From NCBI RefSeq assembly GCF_006345805.1, contig NC_043002.1, positions 53,258,001-53,322,000 on the forward strand: a DNA stretch of 64,000 nt, given 5' to 3'. Under the pieces are notes generated by a model, which did no database searches, had not been told where the DNA came from, and worked only from the letters and a program-made list of their open reading frames with translations. Shown one piece after another: positions 52,655 through 64,000 of the stretch (its first letter is position 1; the number at the start of each line of letters is the position of its first letter). The translations under genes and the position numbers were made by a program. This stretch comes from Octopus sinensis (Eukaryota).

Positions 52655-55534
52655 CATGGGGAAATTTCGAATCGGGGTTCTCATTCTACATGACGTAGAT
52701 GGAGTAAGCAAATTATCATCATCATCATCACCATCATCACCATCATCACTTTACTTCGTAAATATTTTTCTGATTTCTCTTTGTTACTCAAATTAATTCT
52801 TCATATTTTTAATTTAACAAATTGATGTTGATTTCAACGGATTTTCTACATGGATTGTCCATTGGGAAACATTTCTCCTGAGACATTTGGGGGTCTCTTA
52901 ACAACAGAGATCTGTATGAACATAGGGGTAACAATCTAAAGTTCGCAATAAGCTAACAACGTGACATAAATTCAACCGTCAGTTAAGACCTACAATCGAT
53001 TATTGTTCGAACGTCTAGAAAGTGCTTCTACTACACACAGATATCCTAAACTTCAGCCAAAATATTATTATCTAACTGTTTGGTAAAATCTCACTTTCTA
53101 ATCTCAATGGCGTATATGCGCTTTGTCTTCTCAAGGTTCGTATTATATCGCTACTTCAACAGTCTCATAGGTGGCCGAATGTGAGATGTCCAACCAAATC
53201 CATTACCAAACAATTACATCTCCGAAATTCTTATACACAGTGTATGAAGCATGAGTTTAAATATTATGTGAAAAGGTTATTAACATGGTCTTCACATTTA
53301 CATGTCACTATGACATTTTACCTGATATCTACGTAGTTTAGTTGGTCTGTCTAATACTTACAGAATCTCAGTAGATAACGTTCTAATTTTAGAGCAACAA
53401 ACATGCGTACTCTAGCATCTAAACAAAGTTAGACACAATTTCCGATTGGAAGCACTCAAAGCTTTCAGAAAATCAATAACGAAATTGAATGAGATTTAAA
53501 TGAGGTAATTGTTCTTAAGTTTGAATACTATTAGCAATAAACATGATGCGAACATCATATTTACAGCAATAGAATCTAATTTATCGACTCGTGGAGAAAA
53601 AGTGCTGCCAAGGAAGATATAAACTTCTAGAGAAGACTTAGTTGTATTTCTCAAATGCAACAAATTCACAAATTGTTGCATCTCCTCTTCCCTGGGAAGA
53701 CATGGCCATCACGGTTTCACCTACTAAATTCCCAGACAAAATACTTCACCTTCTTTTCAAAACGCAAAACCCCTGGTTCTCCCCCCTACCCCAATTTTCC
53801 CTGCAGAAGTTGAATTATACACACCCAGGCTTAATATTAATCATATCGATCTCTGACATCATCAGTCTCAGAGAGCCTCCAAAGGTCATGTCTACTACTT
53901 GTCTTTATACTAAGTTATAGCAGGTATGTTATTCTCATCTACCTTAAAGATATTGTATGCATGTACCTGCTTACAACAAATTCATATTCAATCGTTGTGA
54001 AAGGATGAAATATAAAGTCTACACCAGGCATGATTTGAATAAAGATGGCGGAACGACTGCGCTAAATACATTTAGCCATTTGCTAAACCACCAATAACTG
54101 GAGGTAGCAAATGAACTGCTGAAACGGTAGAACTCTGTATCAAATGTGTTGTGGTGTTTAGATATGCACATTTGCGTCTGAGTTAAAATTCTGCAACGAT
54201 TGACTCTGTTTTTCATCCTTGAACGGGTTGACAAGCTAAATCAGACAAATACAGGCACCTATCTAATCAACTTATATGTGTTTGTGGTTTTATACTCATG
54301 TCAAAGGTCGTTGCTTGATCTAAAAGAACTATAGTGAGGAAAGGGCTTGGGAGCAGTATATTGTGATGCTGATATTCACTATACCAAGTCGTCAGCAGCT
54401 TCTAGTGGAATGCACTTACATTGATCGGAAACATAAAAATGAAATGATTTCTTATTTTAGGATAAAGATCACGAAATTAAGAAATCTCATTATACTGGTA
54501 CGTTATTTATCTATACTAGGGAGAGTAAAAGCTGTGCAGACATTTTAATACTTGAACTAAGAATATAACAAGAGATAATTGAATACTACAAGGGATTTTG
54601 TTCTGGTGTTCTCTAACTTCTATTTCTCCACCGCGCTGCTACAGAAAATTATTTGAAATGGTCGTTTTGCGTTGATAATTAAAATAAAAATTACATTATA
54701 AATTGTACGTCACACGTTATCTCTGAGAGAACAAACCTCAAATGATTGTATAGGCCATTGGGATGCTTTGCAATTTTCTTTATCTTCATAGAAGCAGGAT
54801 TTTGAAACATATTTTTTTGCCCAATATTTGTATTATCTCGCGTTTAGTGAATTAAAGAAACTTTCTTTTACTCCCTCAGTTATGTTTAACATTGTTCGTT
54901 AATAACAATCACCAGTCTGTTTACTTTCGTTGCAGATCAATGTACTCGCTTTTCATGTTCTTCCTTATCAGATACCTCAAGGCATGTGCGTATATTCAGC
55001 TGGTGTTTTATCTCTATGCATAATATATACATTCCTTTCAGACAAGTTGAATTTTGTGTATATATATTTATTTGTGCTTAAATTTTACGAACTTTCTGCA
55101 TAAGTAGGGACTGATTTCCAATTAAGAAACGATAACAATAACTAATTATAAGAATTTTAGAAACGTTTTGCATATTTTCATCGCTCCACTTAATTAAAAT
55201 TGCAGAATATGTGCTAGACAGGTTCTTTCTGTTTTTACTGAGAAATTTAAGCTTTTAAAATTTACATGATAGTCTGTTCGTTGTCTTTCTCACTCAATTA
55301 CTTGAGTCTCCCATCACACACACACACACACAAAAAGGTGATGTTGGGTCCTAACCAGGAAACAAAGATTAGAAGCTCAATCGTTGTAGTTTAGACAACA
55401 ACAACAACAACAACCAAGAGTTACATGCTGAACTTTAGAAAAAATAGTTCATTTTTGTACTGTTTCAGTCACCTGTTGCATTTTGCATAGCATGTATTTC
55501 TTAATTATTTCCGTTGTTTTGCAAGTATATATGT

Positions 55535-55800
<266 letters not shown>

Positions 55801-55872
55801 TTAAGTGTGGTGCGTGTGAATATATGTATATATATAATATGTTTGATTTGCCTAATATGGTTTTATCTCTAA

Positions 55873-55912
<40 letters not shown>

Positions 55913-56048
55913 TACAACATATATATATACATACATATATATATACATACATATATATATATACACATATATATATACCACATATATATATATACATACA
56001 TATATATATATATATACATATATATATACATACATATATATATATACA

Positions 56049-56099
<51 letters not shown>

Positions 56100-57430
56100 G
56101 AACTTGTGCATGTATGTATGCTTGTATGCGTGCATACATACATGTATTATGTATGTATGTAGGTAGGTAGGGAGGGAGGGAGGGAGGTATGCTTGCATGT
56201 ATGCTTGAAAGCATGAACGTATGCATGCGTATGTTTATAGGCATGCATACACACCTGAACATGTGTCTAGTGCAAAAGTACAAATATGTTCACATATAAA
56301 TACACGCATGAGGCTTACACAAATACGTTTGTATAATACGGAGTATTTGTGCGTATGTGTATTTGCGTCTGTTTATGTATATGTATGTGCATGTGTGTGC
56401 GTTTGTGTGTGTTTACATTTATGTACGTGTGTATCTGAGTATTGTGCGTGACTTAATTTTTTATAGATAATTGGGAGCATTTTAAGGAAAGTCTCTTTTA
56501 TAAGTAATGTTTATAAATTAGCACTTTTCTTTTGTTATTGAATTTTATTCAGAATTCTAAGAGTTATTTTAGATTCTTGTAAGCTCGGCTTAGTTTCTGT
56601 TTTGTTTCATATTATCCGAGTTGTGGGTGGAGCAACTATCTTCACTTATATTAGCTTCTTCTTCTTCTTCTTCTTCTTCTTCTTCTTCTTCTTCTTCTTC
56701 TTCTTCTTCTTCTTCTTCTTCTTCTTCTTCTTCTTCTTCTTCGTCTTCTTCTGTTCTTTCAAATATCTTTTCTTTTTTTTTCCTTTTAAATTTCAATTAA
56801 ATATTTGCGCGGAAAACTTCTTATCTTAACTAACAGAACACTTGATTTTTAAGATGTGAAATTTGTTTACTTCAGTTAACGTATACCTTGTTCTTGTTGA
56901 TTTTTGTCACTTTTCTCAAAAGGAAAATAAATAAATAAATATTACGAAGAAACGAACATGGCTGCCATTTTGTAATTTGTGATAAAGGCTTGTTTATAAT
57001 ATTCTTACTGGCTTGTGTATTTGTTGTTGCTGTTTCTAAAATTATTTTGATATTTAGAAAAATCAATTCAGTGGAATTTTTGTAGAATTGTGAATGATTT
57101 TAGATTACAAAATTATGTTAAAAATAAAACAAAAATTCCGATTTCTGAATCGTAAAACATGTAAAATATTTTTTTCTTCGTTTTAATGCTGGAGCAAATA
57201 TATAATTTAAAATTGGGGTCACATTCGTTTATAGAGCAACACTTCATATTCCTTTAAGAGCGAAATATTGATTAGCAACTTTACGAGAGAAGTGAAATTA
57301 GATTAGAAAGTCCACAAAATATTAAGACAAACGTATTAAGAGTAAGGTTATTATTTCTGTTTAACTCCAAGTCACATCTAATGAAGCGGACCAATGACCG
57401 AAAGAGAGACTAGTCATGATCATTCAGTAT

Positions 57431-57498
<68 letters not shown>

Positions 57499-57500
<2 letters not shown>

Positions 57501-58085
57501 GGCGGCAAGCTGGCAATCGTTAGCACGCCGGGCGAAATGCTTTGCGATATTTCGTCTGCCGTTACGTTCTGAGTTCAAATTCCGCCGAGGTCGACTTTGC
57601 CTTTCATCCTTTCGGGGTCGATAAATTAAGTACCAGTTACGCACTGGGGTCGATGTAATCGTCTTAATCCGTTTGTCTGTTCTTGTTTGTCCCCTCTGTG
57701 TTTAGCTCATTGTGGGTAGTAAAGAAATAAGTATTTCGTCTGCTGCTACGTTCTGAGTTCAAATTCCGCCGAGGTCGACTTTGCCTTTCATCCTTTCGGG
57801 GTCGATTAAATAAGTACCAGTTACGCACTGGGATCGATGTAATCGACTTAATCCGTGCGTCTGTCCTTATTTGTCCCCTCTATGTTTAGCCCCTTGTGGT
57901 TAATAAAGAAATAGGTATTTTGTCCGTCTTCATGTTCCGAGTTCAAACTCCGCCGAGGTCTACTTTGCATTTCATTCTTTCGGGGTGGATAAATTAAGAA
58001 CCAGTGTAACACTGGAGTCAACATAATCGACTAGTCTCCTTCGCACGGATTTCCGGCCTTGTACCTATATTAGAAAGGATTATCA
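57499..58085 (+). mobile_element. Family A SINE tandem array: one head plus three bodies, 184-bp period
   Basis: Bodies start at 57547, 57731 and 57915. A further truncated head follows at ~58088. Confidence 0.92.
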
Positions 58086-58441
58086 TCAAGGCGGCGAGCT
58101 GGCAGAGTCGTTAATACGCCAGGCGTCCTTTCCAAACGGGATTTCGTCTTTCTGAACCGATTGACCCTGAAGTGATTTATATAAAATTGAACTGTGATTA
58201 TATATATCAGAAGGAAATATATATAAGTCGAAACAATTTGTTGGACTTTACGGTTTTTATAATTATTTCTATAATATTATGTTATGTTATATATTAAATT
58301 CATAGTATTTAATTTAATATTGTAATAAAAATAGGTTTTTGAATGTCAGTAGAATATTTCTATATTTAATTTATCTTTATTATTGAATTATACCAATATT
58401 TATATGCTTTCCTTTGAATGATTTCTTATCCTCAGTTTGTT

Positions 58442-58520
<79 letters not shown>

Positions 58521-58567
58521 ATATATATATATTTATGTTTGTATATATATATATATATATACATATT

Positions 58568-58681
58568 GATAGATCGCTAGCTACTACACATTCTTTTCTT
58601 TGTCTCCTTGTTTCTTTCTGTGGAAGAGCTTAGGCTCGAAACGTTATATATATACATACATATATATATATACATGCATAA

Positions 58682-58712
<31 letters not shown>

Positions 58713-59300
58713 TTATATATATATATATATATACATACATACATACATACATGCATGCATGCATACATACATACATACATACATACATACATACATACAT
58801 ACATACAATACATAAATATATACATACACATACATATATATATGTTGGCAATATTAAAAAGCATAGATTACTCAGAAGTAGCAATAGCATCGCCTTTAAT
58901 TCTATAATCATATTCTACCTTTTAAGACCAACACGTGTTCCACCGATTTGTAATTGTTGCAAATGCTACCCTATTATAAAACGGTACAATCTCTTCAGGA
59001 TGTTAACTTGATATCCCTCGGTATTTGATCTACCGTATTAAATGCCCAAGTTGCGAAGAATTATATATAGGCGAGTATCGAAACGCTCGCGAGTCCACAG
59101 ACCCCAAATCCAGAACATCAATGTTCGCCAAATTTCATTGAGCGAACATATAGAGACTTGTGGTCAGAAAATGTTACCAATTTTTCCTTTCTACAAATTA
59201 CATGACACAAGTGAGGTTGGAAGAAAGATAAAAGAAAAGCAGTTTATTAAAACGTTTAGTCCTGTTCTGAACGGAAATGACAGCAATAGTATTACAACCA
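58568..59300 (+). pseudogene. Second Penelope-like fragment: terminal piece with degenerate HHR, then Cys linker and GIY-YIG
   Basis: CTGTGGA-A-GAGC-TTAG-GCTC-GAAACGTT (58618-58645). Downstream: PICNCCKC..LIYRIKCPSCEELYIGE..VRQISLSEHIETCG..FPFYKL..RKIKEKQFIKTFSPVLN. Confidence 0.82.
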
Positions 59301-59754
59301 GTGAATGATGTGGATCAAAAACTATCCCAAATTACAGAATGTCGGTACGCCTAGCAAACCGTGATGTTTGAGATGCATATATTCTAAAAAAAAACCCAAC
59401 TTGTTGGAGCGTTCTAAGAGGAACTAAAATTGTCAAGAACTCAATTGTCAGTTAAGCACATTTGAACTTTGATGATTACACTATGTATGAAAGCGGTAAT
59501 ATAACTTTATGAGCATCACAAAATATTTTTTTGATGCTAAAATACTATAATAAAAAACGTGAAAACCAGACCATGTTTTAACTTTATTCAACTGATATAT
59601 TTTTCTATTCACATTCACACAAATTCGAAACAAAATATACATACGTACATACATACATACATACATACATACATACATACATACATACATACATACATAC
59701 ATGCATGCATACATATATATATATAACAATGATAAATCTCAGCGGTAACACATC

Positions 59755-59955
59755 GTGACGCATATTTGCTATTTGAATATGGCTAACCCCTAAGGGTGGA
59801 TGCTACTGTAGTTTGTAGCCCCAGGAAGATATCTCCTCCAGCTGGCTATAGACACACTATCTGTAGCCACTGGAGGAGATATCTTCCTGGGGCTACAAAC
59901 TACAGTAGCATCCACCTTAGGGGTTAGCCATATTCAAATGGCAAATATGCGTCAC
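59755..59955. repeat. Near-perfect 201-bp hairpin from the 5' part of the HHR-monomer superfamily
   Basis: ~95-bp arms differ by about 2 substitutions and 2 one-nt indels. GCTACTGTAGTTTGTAGCCCCAGGAAG..GCTGGCTATAGACAC matches 26790-26850 and 44270-44330. Confidence 0.92.
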
Positions 59956-59962
59956 TATATAT

Positions 59963-59993
<31 letters not shown>

Positions 59994-60032
59994 TATATAT
60001 AAGTTTGTGTGTATACATACATATATACATAT

Positions 60033-60063
<31 letters not shown>

Positions 60064-60530
60064 ATATATATGATATATCCATGTATCTATATTTATAGAC
60101 ATAAAAAGCTACTTCGATGTGAAGACAGATCGACTCCACTCTTATTGTTTTTATATAGCCACGTTTCCATTTTATGATAACTATAATTATATGAAAGCAA
60201 TGCAAGTGCGAAATATAAGCTCCATCTCACAGTAGATTACTGAGCAAAGTATGGAATTTAAGCTTTGTTCCACGTCTATGTTACGTACTTCATTATTTAT
60301 TCTTTAAATTGCTTTCTGTCCCATATTTTTTTACCTTATATTCTCCTTTGCTCATTGGTTTTTCAATAAAATTATTTATCACTCTAAACAAATCTGAAGC
60401 ATGAAAATGGATCATGATTTTAAAAAAAATTCATTTACCCAGCTCTCTTTGTCTTTTTCTCACTCTCTTATACGTACCTGCATACGTGCATTCAAATATC
60501 TGTGTGTGAGTGTGAGTGTTTGTGTACGCA

Positions 60531-60573
<43 letters not shown>

Positions 60574-61379
60574 TTATATATGTTCTTTCATTCTTTTACT
60601 TGTTTCAGTCATTTGACTGCGGCCATGCTGGAACACCGCTTTACACACACACACTATATATTGATATGTATGTATATGCTATATATATATATTATATATA
60701 TATATATATATATAGTATATATATGTATAAATATATATTATAAATGCGCATATATATGAAAACATATATATATATATATATATATATATTATACACATAC
60801 ACACATTTGTATACATATAAAAACCTATATTACATATATACACATACATATATACATACATACATAAATATATATATATATATATATATATATTTGTGTT
60901 TATCTATTTCTCTGTCACTCTCTATTTATCTTTCTTTTGTAAGAGTACATGCATATATGCTCGCTGTGTGTAAGTGTATGCATCTGTGTTCGTTTGTGTG
61001 TGTGTGTATGTGTGTGTTGCGTATATGTGTGTTTGGGTGGGTTATATATGTTGATGACTGTAATAGGGAATATTTGCGCTCAATTTAGCTACATAGACAG
61101 ATACATAGAACATTTCACTTCCGCCGAACCATCTTCGGTAAACAAAACGCAAACTTACTTAGAGATTACGGTTATTTGTATTAAGTATTCCCGAGGTCAC
61201 GATTAATCAGTCAAAACGCAGTGTTTACTAGACTTATTGCCAACTTTCGTTGAATCGATAATCATCGTTAAAGACAAAAGTATATTTGTTTGATGAAAGA
61301 CGAAAAGGGAAAGAAGCTGAGCTAGTTAGTAAGACAGGGAGTAAACGGAAATGTAAAGCAAAGAGGAAAAATAACAATA

Positions 61380-61870
61380 ACGGTGATAACAAGAAGGAAA
61401 AGAAGTAGCGATATTGGTGGTGGTGGTGGTGGCGATGGTAGTAGTAGTAGTAGTAGAAGAAGAAGAAGAAGGAGGAGGAGAAGAAGAAGAAAGAAGAAGA
61501 AGAAGAAGAAGAAGAAGAAGAAGAAGAAGAAGAAGATAATGATGACGATGATAATGAAGGAAAAGGAGAAGGTGGAGAAATGGGGCGGAGGAAGAAACAA
61601 AAAGCAGAAGAAGAAGAAGAAGAAGAAGAAGAAGAAGAAGAAGAAGAAGAAGATAATGATGACGATGATAATGAAGGGGAAAGGAGAAGAAGAATTAGCA
61701 GAAAAAATGAGAAGGTGGAGGAAGAGAAGAATGGGGCTGAAGAAGAAACGAAAAACAGAAAAAGAAAGGAGAAGAAGAAGGAGAAGAAGAAGAAGAAGAA
61801 GAAGAAGAAGAAGAAGAAGAAGAAGAAGAAGAAGAAGAAGAAGAAGAAGATCAACAACAACAACAACAAA
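61380..61870. repeat. Compound (GAA)n/(GGT)n/(GAT)n low-complexity tract with a duplicated ~45-bp block
   Basis: GAAGATAATGATGACGATGATAATGAAGG..AAAGGAGAAG occurs at ~61530 and ~61648. Confidence 0.9.
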
Positions 61871-62432
61871 TAAAACAACTACTATACAGATATAAATTGA
61901 AATGAAATCAAGTCAATCCAAGGAAATGTAATTTTTCATTCGTTATGTTTAGCACCAAACAACTATATCTCTATTCTACTGGAATCGATCGAAATCATAT
62001 TATGTAAATAAGCCAAGGTGTCCAAGCTCCAGCTTCTAATTAGTTTAAATTAATTAAACATAGAATCTAAGGGGAGTGAGTCTTGCCTTAATAGCAAAGT
62101 AACAATTCCGGCATTGCTTCAATATTAGTAGACGTCATCAGCGAAACATTTTGTTACTGCTAGATCTTCAAACGACCTGAAGTATATATATTTTTGAATG
62201 AATTAATGCAGCGTGGTGTTCTTAACTACTATATATGTATGTAGAACACTGCGTAAATTGGAATTACCTGAAGCACGTATGCTCTAGGTAACCCTTCAGT
62301 TCCTTTATTTGAAAGCTTTTGCAGTGAAGATTGCAGACAATGTGAAAACATCCTATCTTTCTCTTAAGTAATTTTGCCATATGTTTTCTTGCACCAATGG
62401 TATAATTTTGATATGAATTATGATTTTTTTTT

Positions 62433-62860
62433 GGCCTAGATGTGTGGTAAGAAGCTTGCTTTCCAACCATATACTTTCGGGTCCATTCCCGATGTTTGAC
62501 ATCTTGGGCAACTTCTAGTCTTCTACTAAATCACCAGCTCAATAAAAGCCTTGTGGGTGGATGTCGTAGATGGAAACTGAAAGAAACATGTATATGTGTG
62601 TGTGTGCACGCGTGTATGTATGTCTGTATATACGTGTGAGTGTGTATGTGAGTGCGCGTGTGTGATTGTGTTTGTCCGCTACAACCTCTAGGCGACCGGT
62701 ACTGGTTTGTTTGCGTCCGCATAACTTAGCAGTTCGGCGAAAGATCGATAGAATAAGTGTCAGGTTGAAAAATAAGCAGTTAGATCTATTCGACTAAATC
62801 CTTCAATGTGGTGCCCCTGCATAGCCGTCGTCTAATGACTGAAGCAAGTAAAAGGTAAAA
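62433..62860 (+). mobile_element. Degenerate family B SINE
   Basis: TGTGTGGTAAGAAGCTTGCT..CATCTTGGGCAA..GTAGATGGAAACTGAAAGAA..TAATGACTGAAGCAAGTAAAAG. Confidence 0.8.
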
Positions 62861-63000
62861 GTTATGTTGCAGTTCACTACATAAAACCAATCACATCGTT
62901 TTACAGCATGACTATCACCGGTGACACTCCCGGTACTTGCGATACAGAACGAATATCATATTCATTCTATACAGCGGGAGATACCGGTAATACTACTTAA

Positions 63001-63215
63001 TGGTTTCAAATTTTGGCACAAGGACAGTAATATAGGGAGAGGGGCTAAGTCAGTTACATCGACCCCAGAGCTCAATTGCTCTTTATTTTATTGACTTCGA
63101 AAGGATGAAAAGCTAAGTCGACCTTGGCGGAATTTGAACTCAAAACCTAAGGACGGACAAAATGCTGCTAAGTACTTTGCCCGGCGTGCTAACGATTCTG
63201 CCAGCTCACCGTCTT
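63001..63215 (-). mobile_element. Family A SINE
   Basis: Reverse complement of GGTGAGCTGGCAGAATCGTTAGCACGCCGG...GTCGAC..TTTCATCCTTTCG..GTGCCAAAATTTGAAACC. Confidence 0.85.
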
Positions 63216-64000
63216 GTAACACTACGTATTACAAATTGCCAAAATATATCGATTATATCTCAGTTTATGAATTTTTTTCATTTATTTGTGATTTTTTTTT
63301 CTACAGATTATTTCAATGTATATAGTAATATAAGCTTTAATGGCTTCTTTTCACAATAACATTTTCACGGAGGGTAGCTTGCACACTTCTTAGGTTTTAT
63401 TTCAGCGTCTATTTGATTCAAGTTCAAAAGCATCCGAGAAATACAAAGAAACATTTGTTCTGTACATTACCAAAAATGAAAACGATGTAGTTTGAACCAC
63501 AGCAATGTGAAGCACCATAAAAATATCACCATTAGGATTCGCCGGTGACCACCCTGGAATATTAAGCATTTAGCGTGCGGATTCACCGATGACTTTCTAG
63601 GTAAGCAAAATGTTACTCAAACAAAAATGTGAGTGAAAATCTTGTTACAAACTTCTACTGAAGATGATTATTCTCTCATGAGGGAAAATGTACTACTATT
63701 CATCGGCTCTCCCGTGTACTAGTAATTTAAATTGCTATAAATATCAGTTGCTTATCAGTAGATAGTGTTACTAGTCTTCCTGATCTGCATATAGTGGGTT
63801 AGTCGGCCACGGAGTTAATCATACAGTATACTTTTATATAGAACAACATAGCGTAAATCAGAATGCCTGTAACATTCCTCTGATTTATGTTTTTAATATG
63901 AATACATACTATTCAATTAAGTACATATAGATTTAACTGATTATATGTAAATCATGAAGACAGTGAGCGTTATATCTTATAATTCACTAACATTTAAAAT

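Noticed and set aside
62897-62989. Short imperfect inverted repeat ACCGGT..CTCCCG / CGGGAG..ACCGGT
   Set aside because: Too short, with no TSD or second copy to support a MITE.

Overview
AT-rich eukaryotic DNA dominated by repeats. The SINE families and very dense microsatellites look like an octopod cephalopod genome; this is an inference from recalled repeat families, not a database result. I recognise no intact host gene, rRNA, true tRNA or CRISPR array, and most ORF-track entries are microsatellite artefacts. The window holds about 30 tRNA-derived SINE copies in 3-4 families, three Tc1/mariner relics, three non-autonomous Helitrons, a MITE, two R4/Dong-type 3' fragments, an RTE fragment, a Gypsy integrase relic with PPT/LTR start, and two Penelope-like (PLE) GIY-YIG fragments. 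The most interesting signal is a set of related ~340-365 bp monomers, each carrying a minimal type I hammerhead ribozyme (HHR). They are arranged as monomer + partial direct repeat + inverted copy (26.7-27.3 kb and 41.6-44.05 kb, with relatives at 44.2-44.4 kb and 59.76-59.96 kb), which resembles retrozymes or PLE pseudo-LTRs. One of them has been entered by a TSD-flanked, ORF1-only Tx1/L1-type retroelement. About a dozen HHR-like motifs, several long foldbacks, and two independent SINE arrays with the same 184-bp period are also present.
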